Positions 1-8,420 of a DNA stretch of 32,000 nt are shown piece by piece. The DNA is from an uncultured Erysipelotrichaceae bacterium (GTDB taxonomy: Bacteria; Bacillota_I; Bacilli_A; Erysipelotrichales; Erysipelotrichaceae), in contig CAYWGS010000001.1 in the NCBI GenBank assembly GCA_964457525.1, positions 18,411 to 50,410 of the forward strand, in the 5' to 3' direction. Both the position numbers and the translations under genes were made by a program. Numbering within the stretch: position 1 is the stretch's first letter; each line of letters starts with the position of its first letter. The notes under the pieces are model-generated. The model saw nothing but the letters and a program-made list of their open reading frames with translations. It ran no database searches and was not told where the DNA came from.

Positions 1-1284
1 GTTTGGTTAACTGTAAATTTACCTGTTAATTATCAAGGTAAAGAATTAAGAATTGATATTAGTTCACCGATATCATCCTTTTCTGGAGTCATTAATTCCA
101 TTAAATTAGATTCCAAAGATGTCTTATTATTCGGTTTAATAGAGGAACAACTTTTCGGATTAGTTGTGATTAGTTTGCTTCTATTTACAGGAGCAGGATT
201 GATTCTTTTATCGCTTTTCCTAAAAATAAGTGAAGATTCAAGAATATTGTACTTAGGCTTTGTGGCCTTTACTACCAGTTTATGGTTATTGGCAGAAAGT
301 CGATTATTGCAATTCATAACAGGTAACCGATTTATATTAGGTTCTTTTGCGTATATTATGATTCCACTCATGTCAATTTTCTTTGCGCTTTATGTTAGAG
401 AAGCAGTAATTACAGATAAACGATTTAAAAAATATATCTCGTATTTTGTCTATGTTATGCAAGTATCTATCTTGTTAAGTATTCTTTTACAGGTTTTAGG
501 GATACAATCATATATTCAAAGTATGAATTATGAGTTAATAATGATTTTGATTGGAGCGATAACTGCGTGTGGATTTATGATTGTGGAAGTAAGAAATTAT
601 CAAAATTTAACCGCAAAGCGATTAGCTAAATTTACAATTGTATTATTGGTCAGCTTACTCTTGGAAGTTGTGTCTTTCTACTTAGGGACATTTCAATTTA
701 CCTCTTCTTTCTTAAGAGTAGGTAGTTTTATCTTCTTCTTATTACTCACAATCGATACGATCAGTTATGTTCGTGAAAGTATGCAACAAAGAAGTGAAAC
801 TGCTTTACTCGAAAAGTTAGCATATAAGGATTTCTTAACAGGTGGGTTAAACCGGACTTCGTATGAGAAAGGCCTTGAAAAGAGAATTGATTCTAAACAA
901 AGTTTTAGACTTAATTTGATGGATTTAAACTATCTAAAGTACATAAATGATAACTTTGGTCATAATGTAGGGGATGAAGCGATCAAACATGTTTATGAAT
1001 CTCTCGAGTTAGCTTTCAAGGATATTGGAACATGTTATCGAATTGGTGGGGATGAATTTTCAGTTATTATGGATAATATTGATCCTATCATCAATCAAGA
1101 AGCGATCAATCGATTTAATCAATTGTTAGATGAAATCAATCAAACCTTTGTATTCCAACTTGAAGTCGCAATTGGTACAGATATTTATATGGTAGACAAG
1201 TGGGAACAATTCTCCAAGTTCTATCATCATGTGGATCAAAAAATGTACGAAGATAAAACAAAAATAAAATCAGCGAAGAGCTGA
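1..1284 (+). CDS. Membrane sensor diguanylate cyclase (multi-TM N-terminal region plus C-terminal GGDEF domain); 5' end cut by the window edge
   Basis: Frame 1 is open from base 1 (VWLTVNLPVNYQGKELRIDISS...), so the track's Met at 166 is internal. Several hydrophobic helices are followed by LTGGLNR...INDNFGHNVGDEAI...YRIGGDEFSVIM, with GGDEF at 1045-1059. No RxxD I-site sits 5 residues upstream of GGDEF. Confidence 0.85.
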   Translation, partial: VWLTVNLPVNYQGKELRIDISSPISSFSGVINSIKLDSKDVLLFGLIEEQLFGLVVISLLLFTGAGLILLSLFLKISEDSRILYLGFVAFTTSLWLLAESRLLQFITGNRFILGSFAYIMIPLMSIFFALYVREAVITDKRFKKYISYFVYVMQVSILLSILLQVLGIQSYIQSMNYELIMILIGAITACGFMIVEVRNYQNLTAKRLAKFTIVLLVSLLLEVVSFYLGTFQFTSSFLRVGSFIFFLLLTIDTISYVRESMQQRSETALLEKLAYKDFLTGGLNRTSYEKGLEKRIDSKQSFRLNLMDLNYLKYINDNFGHNVGDEAIKHVYESLELAFKDIGTCYRIGGDEFSVIMDNIDPIINQEAINRFNQLLDEINQTFVFQLEVAIGTDIYMVDKWEQFSKFYHHVDQKMYEDKTKIKSAKS

Positions 1285-1295
1285 TTTTATTCTTT
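1266..1295. terminator. Bidirectional hairpin shared by convergent genes
   Basis: AAAATCAGC (1266-1274) pairs with GCTGATTTT (1280-1288), giving a 9-bp stem with a 5-nt loop. Both flanks are T-rich when read on either strand. The hairpin overlaps the stop codons at 1282-1284 (+) and 1287-1289 (-). Confidence 0.55.
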
Positions 1296-1883
1296 ATTTA
1301 ACCATTTTTTAACCGCATTCAATTCAGATTCAGAAATACGATGTCCATTGTTTTCCCAATGAAGGGTTACATTCGCATGTGCTTTCGTTAATAATTCATT
1401 CATTTGAATGCTTTGTTCAGGTGGACATATTGGATCATTCTTACCAGCCCCAATAAATACAGAAACTAAACTTAAGTCTGGTAGTTCTTTTCTAATTGGA
1501 ACCATTGGATGAAGTAGAATTGCTTTACTAAAACCATCCGCATAGTGAAATAGAATACTTGCCGCAATATTTGCGCCATTGGAGTAACCGAGAGCCACAA
1601 CCTTAGTACGATCAAACCCATAATCTATCGCAGCTTGATCGACAAATTCTTTTAATTGATGCGTACGATAAACGAGATCTTCCTCATCAAATACACCTTC
1701 CGCAAGTCGTTTAAAGAATCGATTCATACCATTTTCTTGGACTTCACCACGAACACTTAATACATTGTAGTTGGGTTGAATAAAATGAGCGAGAGCGAGT
1801 AGATCTTTCTCATCTCCTCCTGTACCGTGAAGTAATAAAAAGGTAGGATTACTTAGATTTTCTTTATGAAAAATATGTTTCAT
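1287..1883 (-). CDS. Alpha/beta-hydrolase of the phospholipase/carboxylesterase family (B. subtilis MhqD/YodD-like)
   Basis: 198 aa. It has LLLHGTGGDEKDLL, the nucleophile elbow GYSNGA and a C-terminal His (NNGHRIS). Its start overlaps the upstream MarR stop by 4 nt (ATGA, 1880-1883). Confidence 0.8.
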   Translation of the reverse strand: MKHIFHKENLSNPTFLLLHGTGGDEKDLLALAHFIQPNYNVLSVRGEVQENGMNRFFKRLAEGVFDEEDLVYRTHQLKEFVDQAAIDYGFDRTKVVALGYSNGANIAASILFHYADGFSKAILLHPMVPIRKELPDLSLVSVFIGAGKNDPICPPEQSIQMNELLTKAHANVTLHWENNGHRISESELNAVKKWLNKE

Positions 1884-2296
1884 TCTTGTTTACCTAGTTT
1901 CTTTAATAGCGTTTGTAAATCACTTTCTTGGTCATGACTTAATATATCAATAACAGACCGTAAACGAGCCACATGTTTAGGATAGATTTCACTCATCAAT
2001 GCTTTTCCTGATTCAGTTAAATGTACAAAGTGAATCCGTTTATCCTCAGTGTTCTTTACCTTAACAATATAGTTCTTCTTGATTAAATTCTCAATCACAT
2101 AGCTCATACTCGATGATGCGATTAAAACCTTCTCACAAATCGATTGAACAGGTAAGGGACCTTTATGATAAAGTACTTCAAGTGCACCAAATTCAGAAGG
2201 ATTTAAACCATACTGTGATACATCCTCCGCAATGATCTTTTCAATTTGATTGGTTGCACGAAAGAGAATTGTAATGGTCTTAAGATCGTTCGTCAT
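1880..2296 (-). CDS. MarR-family transcriptional regulator (MhqR-like by context)
   Basis: The winged-HTH MarR pattern is present (LNPSEFGALEVLYHKGPLPVQSICEKVLIASSSMSYVIENLIKKNYIVKVKNTEDKRIHFVHLTESG). I place the start at the ATG at 2296 (MTNDLKTI...), which follows AAGGAA. The track's 2341 start would lie deep inside the dioxygenase gene. Confidence 0.8.
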   Translation of the reverse strand: MTNDLKTITILFRATNQIEKIIAEDVSQYGLNPSEFGALEVLYHKGPLPVQSICEKVLIASSSMSYVIENLIKKNYIVKVKNTEDKRIHFVHLTESGKALMSEIYPKHVARLRSVIDILSHDQESDLQTLLKKLGKQE

Positions 2297-3281
2297 TGAA
2301 GTATTCCTTCTTAAATTCTTTTGTACTTCTAACGGTATCAATTGGTCTAACTAGGGATTCAATACGTTCTCTTTGATTTCTGAATTTTGGAGGTAATGCT
2401 AACTTCTCACCTAAGATTTCATATGGTTCTTCATCATCAATGAATCCAGGTCCTTCCGTCGCATATTCAAACAAGATTCCAGGATATAAACGAGTATATA
2501 AGGATTTAAAATAGAAACGATCCACAAATCCTGAATGACCTGCTTTATACGAATTCAAATGTCTAATCCATGCATCGATATCTTCACGATCATCCACCCT
2601 AAATGCAACATGGTGTACGCCACCATAACCTTGATAAGCATTTGGTAATAAAGGTTGATAATCTAGGATAACGGATGCGCCATTACCACCTAAACCCATT
2701 TCAAATAAAGTATATTGATTTTGTTTACTGGAATAACGCATTCCCATAATTTCTTCTAAGATACGTTTCATATTTTCAATATTCTTAACTCTAAAGAAAA
2801 TAGGACCTAATCCAGTAATGCCATACTCAACAGGTACGGGTCCATTTAACCATGGTGTTCCTGATCCAATACCCTCATTATTTTCATCTGAGAAGAGGGC
2901 GTATTCTTGATCATCAAAGTCATAGAAGAATAAGACTTTCTTGTTGAATAATTCAGTAATCGGTTCAAAACGAACGTTATAATGTTTAAAACGTTTAACC
3001 CAATATTCTAACGCTTCATCATCCTTTACACGTAAGCCAATTCTTGAGATTTCATCCGTTCCACGAATTGCTTTGTTTATTCCATTGAAATCAAAGAAAG
3101 TCACATCTGTACCAGCATTCCCACGATCATCCGCGAAGAAAAGGTGGTAGGTATTGATATCATCTTGGTTGATGGTTTTCTTAACCAATCGCATCCCTAA
3201 GATATTTGTAAAAAATTCATAATTTTTCTCTGCGCTGCTCGTAATGGCAGTCACATGATGTATTCCGTTTAATTGTTTCAT
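2280..3281 (-). CDS. Ring-cleaving dioxygenase, glyoxalase/VOC superfamily (MhqA/MhqE/MhqO-like)
   Basis: It has tandem VOC modules (GIHHVTAITSS... and ...GGVHHVAFRV). I place the start at the ATG at 3281 (MKQLNGIHHVTA), preceded by GGAGAC at 3286-3291 on the minus strand. The track's 3308 start adds 9 aa without an RBS. Confidence 0.8.
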   Translation of the reverse strand: MKQLNGIHHVTAITSSAEKNYEFFTNILGMRLVKKTINQDDINTYHLFFADDRGNAGTDVTFFDFNGINKAIRGTDEISRIGLRVKDDEALEYWVKRFKHYNVRFEPITELFNKKVLFFYDFDDQEYALFSDENNEGIGSGTPWLNGPVPVEYGITGLGPIFFRVKNIENMKRILEEIMGMRYSSKQNQYTLFEMGLGGNGASVILDYQPLLPNAYQGYGGVHHVAFRVDDREDIDAWIRHLNSYKAGHSGFVDRFYFKSLYTRLYPGILFEYATEGPGFIDDEEPYEILGEKLALPPKFRNQRERIESLVRPIDTVRSTKEFKKEYFNDERS

Positions 3282-3311
3282 GTTAGTCTCCTTTGTAAGA
3301 TGATTCAATAT

Positions 3312-3329
3312 TAGTTCGAATTCGAACTA
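3312..3329. promoter_or_regulatory. 18-bp perfect palindrome TAGTTCGAATTCGAACTA; candidate operator of the embedded MarR
   Basis: Perfect dyad symmetry read directly from the sequence, about 30 bp upstream of the dioxygenase start codon. From memory, the central TCGAATTCGA core resembles the reported B. subtilis MhqR box. Confidence 0.5.
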
Positions 3330-3427
3330 TTATCAATTAATATGCTCACAAAGAGAATGAACTTGTTTCATCTTGACGCAAAAGGTATTATTTGAATAAG
3401 GAATAAACCAGAAGGGATAACGATACG

Positions 3428-3958
3428 ATGAATCGAAATCATGCATTGGTTTATGGATTTACTCCAGATGAAATAGCTCAATTGAATGTTCATCTTACTA
3501 AGAAAAATTATTTGATTAAGGAATGTAATGAGGAAAATATTAATCATCCTGATTATTCGCTTATACTAATCAAAAATACAATCAATCCAAAGATTGAACT
3601 GTATTTAAAAGAAATTGAAGGAAATTTAGTTGAGATTCGTTTGATTGGATTAAATTGGAAACTTGTATCAAAAAACTTTAAAGAATATTTAAGTTTTGAT
3701 GATTATCTCAGAGTGATTGATTATGATTTGGATAAGATTGAAGAAAGTAAAAAATCGATCCAACAAAAAGTAAACAATTTCGAAAAGATTATTCGTATTT
3801 ACTCAATCTTAAAGAAACATAAATCATTATCACTCATAACGTTAGAAAAATTATCAGGATACAAAAAGTTAGAAATAAGACGTTATATTGAGGTTCTACA
3901 ATGGATGAATGAACCGATTAAGTATGACTTTGATCTTAATGTTTGGGAATATGAGTAA
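3428..3958 (+). CDS. Hypothetical protein with a C-terminal HTH-like segment
   Basis: 176-aa ORF in its own intergenic space. A candidate promoter is TTGTTT (3363-3368), 17 nt, TATTAT (3386-3391). The C-terminus IIRIYSILKKHKSLSLITLEKLSGYKKLEIRRYIEVLQWMNEPIKYD looks like a DeoR/WYL-type N-terminal HTH. I do not recognise the N-terminal 110 aa. Confidence 0.55.
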   Translation: MNRNHALVYGFTPDEIAQLNVHLTKKNYLIKECNEENINHPDYSLILIKNTINPKIELYLKEIEGNLVEIRLIGLNWKLVSKNFKEYLSFDDYLRVIDYDLDKIEESKKSIQQKVNNFEKIIRIYSILKKHKSLSLITLEKLSGYKKLEIRRYIEVLQWMNEPIKYDFDLNVWEYE

Positions 3959-3980
3959 AATCAATGCATCAAAACCATTC

Positions 3981-4406
3981 TTATTTTAAGTTAAATAAGC
4001 CCATTCCTTGTTCAGAATCAATAGGAAGTGAAGAATGTTCATGAACAATCCTCCACTCATCATTTATTCGTTTTAATCCAAATGTAAAACGATTTGTTAC
4101 ATGCCTGAACTCAGCATTTAGTGTATTAAATTCTGAGAATCTAATAGAGGTATGAATAAATGCGATATCAGAATTTTCAAAGATACTAGTATCATTAAAA
4201 GTTACTTTTAAAGTTGATGAGTCATTTTTCAAACCATTAAACCAGTTTTCTATTATTTTTCTCCACTCTGATTTAGATTTTATCTCCCAAACATTCCAAC
4301 TATCAAAAATATGAACGGAATCGTCGTATAAACTCATGAATTGATGACTATTTTGGTTTAAGACTGAAGCGGCATAATGATCTAAACAATCTTGAATCGT
4401 TTTCAT
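3981..4406 (-). CDS. NTF2/SnoaL-like (DUF4440-type) small protein
   Basis: 141 aa. The length and C-terminal pattern ...NDEWRIVHEHSSLP are typical of the NTF2-like ketosteroid-isomerase fold. GAGGTA precedes the start. Confidence 0.6.
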   Translation of the reverse strand: MKTIQDCLDHYAASVLNQNSHQFMSLYDDSVHIFDSWNVWEIKSKSEWRKIIENWFNGLKNDSSTLKVTFNDTSIFENSDIAFIHTSIRFSEFNTLNAEFRHVTNRFTFGLKRINDEWRIVHEHSSLPIDSEQGMGLFNLK

Positions 4407-4474
4407 AGTTTACCTCTTTTGATTATAGTTTAGTAAAGAAGGACTAATACATCTATTTTAATGCTCAGATTATT

Positions 4475-4509
4475 AAAAGAGACATGCTTATTTGGTACAT
4501 GTCTCTTTT
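4475..4509 (-). terminator. Rho-independent terminator downstream of the dehydrogenase gene
   Basis: AAAAGAGACATG (4475-4486) pairs with CATGTCTCTTTT (4498-4509), a perfect 12-bp stem with an 11-nt loop. The tail is T-rich when read on the minus strand. Confidence 0.75.
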
Positions 4510-4512
4510 GAT

Positions 4513-5448
4513 TTATTTATCTTGTTCGAATAGTGTTTTAGCGAGTAAGGTAAACATCTTGTCGCGATAACGGATGACTTCTTCATCTCTACCATTTGAG
4601 TAGTCGTAGAAACCTGACCCATTCTTAACACCTAATTTATTATTCTCTACACATTCTTTGATTAAACCAAATGGTTCTTTATAGTCGCATAGATCAGGGA
4701 AGGTATATTTGGAGATATTATTATGAATATCAAGTCCCCCTAAATCACAGATTTCAAATGGACCAAATACTGCATATCTAAAGCCGAGTGCATACTTCAT
4801 CACATCATCCACACCTTCAGGGGTTGTTATACCTTCTTGTACGATATAGAGTGCTTCACGAAGGATTGCTTGTTGGAGGCGATTCAATACAAAACTTGGC
4901 GCATCTTTTACCTTAACCGGTTTCTTTTCAAGTTTGAGCGCGAGTTCATAGACGATATCTACAGTAGAATCACTGGTCAATTGTCCTTGAATAACTTCAA
5001 TTAGGGGAATGATATGTGGAGGGTTCATCCAATGCATACCCGCAAATCGTTCTGGATACATAACAGCTTCCGCAATTTTAGTAATACTTAATCCAGAGGT
5101 GTTACTACATAAGATTGTATCTTCTCTTACAAGTTCAGATACTTCTTTCCAGAATTTATGCTTAACATCGATGTTCTCAAGAATCGCTTCAATTAAGAAG
5201 TCCACATCTTTAAACGATTGAACATCATTTGAATATGAAATACGTCCTTTTAATTCATTTGATTTTTCTACCGATACAATACCCGATTTAATCCATGTTT
5301 CTTGGTTAATATCGACAAGTCGTTTTGCCTTATCTAAAGCGGTCTCAAAAATATCATAGACTGTAACCTCATAATTAAACAATGCGAATGTTTGGGCAAT
5401 CGAAGCACCCATTGTGCCAGCCCCTGCAATACCTATTTTCTTGATCAT
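4513..5448 (-). CDS. 3-hydroxyacyl-CoA dehydrogenase-family NAD-dependent oxidoreductase
   Basis: It has an N-terminal Rossmann motif (KIGIAGAGTMGASIAQ), then SNTSGL and GMHWMNPPHIIPLIEV, followed by the C-terminal helical domain. The substrate is not assignable from sequence alone. Confidence 0.8.
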   Translation of the reverse strand: MIKKIGIAGAGTMGASIAQTFALFNYEVTVYDIFETALDKAKRLVDINQETWIKSGIVSVEKSNELKGRISYSNDVQSFKDVDFLIEAILENIDVKHKFWKEVSELVREDTILCSNTSGLSITKIAEAVMYPERFAGMHWMNPPHIIPLIEVIQGQLTSDSTVDIVYELALKLEKKPVKVKDAPSFVLNRLQQAILREALYIVQEGITTPEGVDDVMKYALGFRYAVFGPFEICDLGGLDIHNNISKYTFPDLCDYKEPFGLIKECVENNKLGVKNGSGFYDYSNGRDEEVIRYRDKMFTLLAKTLFEQDK

Positions 5449-5460
5449 ATTTTCTCCTTG

Positions 5461-5474
5461 TGTAAGCGCTTAGA
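5461..5474. promoter_or_regulatory. cre-like box TGTAAGCGCTTAGA
   Basis: One mismatch to the CcpA cre consensus TGWAANCGNTNWCA. It lies in the divergent intergenic region, immediately upstream of the dehydrogenase RBS. Confidence 0.45.
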
Positions 5475-5608
5475 TTGATTTTAGTCTAACAAAGCATCTT
5501 GTGAAATTCAATCGATATTGAACAAATGGAGATACTAAAAACTTATAGATGATATAAGAAATGATTATATGGAAACTGTTGAACAATTTAAATTAAAGAC
5601 GAGTTACC

Positions 5609-5637
5609 TTGTTTAAAGATGATACAAAGGGTACAAT
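5609..5637 (+). promoter_or_regulatory. Candidate sigma-A promoter of the fumarase/malic-enzyme genes
   Basis: TTGTTT (5609-5614), 17 nt, TACAAT (5632-5637), about 38 nt upstream of the ATG at 5676. Confidence 0.35.
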
Positions 5638-5675
5638 TTAATCAATAAACGAATAGTTATAGTTAAGGAGAAACC

Positions 5676-6521
5676 ATGCGAACGGTTCATACGAACACAA
5701 TAAAAGATGCGGTTAAGAACTTATTTATCGAAGCGAATTTTGATATCGGCGAATCGGTATTTAAGGTAATAAAGGATTCCTTACAAAAAGAGAAATCACA
5801 ATTAGGTCAATCGGTCTTAGAAAAGATCTATGAGAATAATGAATACGCTAAAAAAGAAAGAATTGCGATTTGTCAGGATACAGGAATGTCTGTCGTCTTT
5901 ATTCAAATTGGACAAGAGGTTCATTTTGAAGGAGACTTCATTAATGATGCGATTAACCAAGGCGTAAGAGAAGCGTATGAAGAAGGATATCTACGCAAAT
6001 CAGTCGTAAGAGATCCACTATTTGAACGAGTGAATACCAAAGATAATACACCTGCAGTGATTCATACGAGTTTTATTCCTGGAGATAAAATAAAAATTGA
6101 AGTCATGCCAAAAGGCTTTGGTAGTGAAAATATGAGCACATTAAAAATGTTTCCACCATCAGCGGGTGTTGAAGGTGTTAAACAGTTTATCGTAGAAGCG
6201 ATTGAAAAAGCAGGTCCGAATGCTTGTCCACCCATGATTGTTGGGGTGGGAATTGGCGGTACCTTTGAATACGCCAGTTATCTAGCGAAGAAGGCTGTCT
6301 TAAGAGGCCCTGATCACAAACATCCTGATTCACGTTATCGTGACTTAGAAGAAGAGATACTAACGAGAGTGAATAAGTCAGGGATTGGACCAGCTGGATT
6401 AGGTGGACTCACAACTGCATTCGCTGTCAATATCGAAGTTTATCCAACACATATCGCATCGATTCCTGTAGCGATAAATATTAGTTGTCACGCATCTCGT
6501 CATGCGTCGATTGAAATCTAG
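5676..6521 (+). CDS. Class I (Fe-S) fumarate hydratase, alpha subunit (two-subunit FumA/TtdA type); candidate mesaconase
   Basis: 281 aa. It carries the CQDTGM motif and further Cys residues (GPNACPP, NISCHASRH) typical of Fe-S hydro-lyase alpha subunits. The RBS is AAGGAG. Confidence 0.85.
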   Translation: MRTVHTNTIKDAVKNLFIEANFDIGESVFKVIKDSLQKEKSQLGQSVLEKIYENNEYAKKERIAICQDTGMSVVFIQIGQEVHFEGDFINDAINQGVREAYEEGYLRKSVVRDPLFERVNTKDNTPAVIHTSFIPGDKIKIEVMPKGFGSENMSTLKMFPPSAGVEGVKQFIVEAIEKAGPNACPPMIVGVGIGGTFEYASYLAKKAVLRGPDHKHPDSRYRDLEEEILTRVNKSGIGPAGLGGLTTAFAVNIEVYPTHIASIPVAINISCHASRHASIEI

Positions 6522-6529
6522 GAGAAGTT

Positions 6530-7087
6530 ATGGAAGAACGAAAAGTACAATTGCCTCTTACTGAAGAGACGATTTTGTCTCTCAAAGCAGGAGATAGTGT
6601 TTTATTAACAGGGACAATGATTACAGGTCGAGATGCGGCTCATCAACGATTATTTGAAACAATTCAGAATCACCAACCCTTACCAATTAAACTTGAGGGT
6701 GAAGTCATTTACTATGTAGGACCCGCTCCAAGTAAACCAGGGATCCCTGTAGGATCTGCAGGACCTACATCCAGTTATCGTATGGATAAAGTTGCCCCAA
6801 CCCTTATGGCACATGGACTAAAAGGAATGATTGGTAAAGGAAATCGTAATACTGAAGTTATTGAAGCCATTAAGAAACATAAATGTGTTTACTTTGCGGC
6901 AATTGGTGGCTTAGGCGCAATGATCTCCAAAAGTATCTTAAGCAGTGAAGTATTATGTTATGAAGATTTAGGAACAGAGGCGATTCACCGTTTCTGGGTC
7001 AAAGATTTTCCAGCCATCGTTGTGATTGACGCAATGGGTAATAATTTATATGAAATTGAACAAGCGAAGTTCAGGGAGTCAGAATAA
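6530..7087 (+). CDS. Class I fumarate hydratase, beta subunit
   Basis: 185 aa. GDSVLLTGTMITGRDAAHQRL...YYVGPAPSKPG...GPTSSYRMD...GKG match the hydro-lyase beta subunit. It starts 8 nt after the alpha stop. Confidence 0.85.
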   Translation: MEERKVQLPLTEETILSLKAGDSVLLTGTMITGRDAAHQRLFETIQNHQPLPIKLEGEVIYYVGPAPSKPGIPVGSAGPTSSYRMDKVAPTLMAHGLKGMIGKGNRNTEVIEAIKKHKCVYFAAIGGLGAMISKSILSSEVLCYEDLGTEAIHRFWVKDFPAIVVIDAMGNNLYEIEQAKFRESE

Positions 7088-7089
7088 TC

Positions 7090-8265
7090 ATGTCAGATGT
7101 CTATCAAAGATCATTAGTTGCGCATAAAGAATGGAGAGGTAAACTTAGAACGGTTTTAAATGCCCCTCTTAACAATAAAGAAGAATTGAGTTTAGCTTAT
7201 ACACCGGGTGTTGCGGAGCCTTGTCGAGAAATTCATCGTAATCCTGAATCGGTTTATGATTATACTTGGGTGGGCAATACTGTTGCGGTTATTACCGATG
7301 GTACTGCGGTACTTGGTTTAGGTGATATTGGGCCTAAAGCAAGTTTACCTGTCATGGAAGGGAAATGTGCATTATTCAAATCTTTTGCGGCTATTGATGC
7401 GATTCCAATCGCACTTGATACCAAAGATCCAGATGAAATCATTCGCATCTGTAAAGCGTTAGCCCCAAGTTTTGGTGGAATCAACCTTGAAGATATTTCT
7501 GCGCCACGTTGTGTCAAAATTGAACGTGAACTCAAACAAAGTTTAAATATTCCAGTCTTCCATGATGATCAACACGGAACAGCGATTGTTGTAGCAGCAG
7601 GACTTATCAACGCACTCAAACTCATAAACAAAGAATTCCATGAGTTAAAAGTTGTGGTAAGTGGTGCGGGTGCAGCAGGTAGTTCAATTATGATGATGTT
7701 GCGGGATTTAGGAGTAAAGAATATTCTTGGGTTTAGAAAAGAAGGAATTATCTTAAAAGAAAATCATGATGATTTCTTAGTACAAGAACTCAGTGAGTTC
7801 ATTAATCCAGATCAACTCAATATTACTTTAAGAGAAGCGATGGTAAATGCGGATGTATTCATTGGTGTATCTGCTCCTCGTTTAGTGGATCAAGCGATGA
7901 TTAAGAGTATGAATCCGAAATCCATTGTATTCGCATTAGCAAACCCAGAACCTGAAATCAGTTATGAAGATGCGAAAGCAGCCGGTGCGTATATTATTGC
8001 GACAGGTCGTAGTGATTTCCCAAATCAAGTGAATAATGTTCTCGCATTTCCAGGTTTATTTAGAGGTGCATTGGATGCTAAGGCAACAAAGATCTCTGAA
8101 GAGATGAAGTTAGCAGCAGCTCAAGGTCTAGCGAGTCTTATCCAAGAAGATGAATTAAGTCCTGAAATGATTATTCCAAGCGTATTTGATAAACGAGTTA
8201 AGGATGTTGTGGCAGGTGCGGTAAAGGATGTCGCAATCAGACTCGGTTATGTTAGAAATGTTTAA
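7090..8265 (+). CDS. NAD(P)-dependent malic enzyme (short bacterial form)
   Basis: 391 aa. Motifs: LSLAYTPGVAEPC, VITDGTAVLGLGDIGP, GGINLEDI, FHDDQHGTA, SGAGAAG, ALANPEPE. It starts 2 nt after the beta-subunit stop. Confidence 0.9.
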   Translation: MSDVYQRSLVAHKEWRGKLRTVLNAPLNNKEELSLAYTPGVAEPCREIHRNPESVYDYTWVGNTVAVITDGTAVLGLGDIGPKASLPVMEGKCALFKSFAAIDAIPIALDTKDPDEIIRICKALAPSFGGINLEDISAPRCVKIERELKQSLNIPVFHDDQHGTAIVVAAGLINALKLINKEFHELKVVVSGAGAAGSSIMMMLRDLGVKNILGFRKEGIILKENHDDFLVQELSEFINPDQLNITLREAMVNADVFIGVSAPRLVDQAMIKSMNPKSIVFALANPEPEISYEDAKAAGAYIIATGRSDFPNQVNNVLAFPGLFRGALDAKATKISEEMKLAAAQGLASLIQEDELSPEMIIPSVFDKRVKDVVAGAVKDVAIRLGYVRNV

Positions 8266-8386
8266 TTTGTAAGCGCATTCTTATGTGAAATAGTGTAAAC
8301 TTAAACTATAGAACAAAACTTGTCTATGCCTAAACTCTTCATGATACAAAATCTGAACCAAGACTACGAGATAATATAAACTAAGC

Positions 8387-8420
8387 AAATGATGCACTTT
8401 TTCGGGCATCATTTTTGTTT
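8387..8420 (+). terminator. Hairpin plus T-tract between the malic enzyme gene and the glutamate mutase operon (terminator or attenuator)
   Basis: AAATGATGC (8387-8395) pairs with GCATCATTT (8406-8414), a perfect 9-bp stem with a 10-nt loop, followed by TTGTTT. The RBS GGAGAA at 8425-8430 follows within 5 nt. Confidence 0.6.

Noticed and set aside
33-371. 112-aa minus-strand ORF at the left edge
   Set aside because: It lies entirely antisense to the N-terminal membrane region of the GGDEF protein, whose frame is open from base 1. It has no RBS and no recognisable domain.
2297-3308. N-terminal extensions proposed by the ORF track (MarR from 2341, dioxygenase from 3308). Similar cases are 8415, 9765, 13804, 21331 and 26581.
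   Set aside because: In each case an internal ATG (or, for 21331, alternative ATGs) is preceded by a proper Shine-Dalgarno sequence. That start gives the conserved family N-terminus or the lipoprotein signal peptide. The longer versions start at TTG or run through a hairpin or the upstream gene.
5009-5221. 70-aa plus-strand ORF inside the dehydrogenase gene
   Set aside because: It is antisense to a well-supported CDS, low-complexity and lacks an RBS.
7260-7535. 91-aa minus-strand ORF inside the malic enzyme gene
   Set aside because: It is antisense to a strongly conserved region (VITDGTAVLGLGDIGP...). It is a typical shadow ORF.
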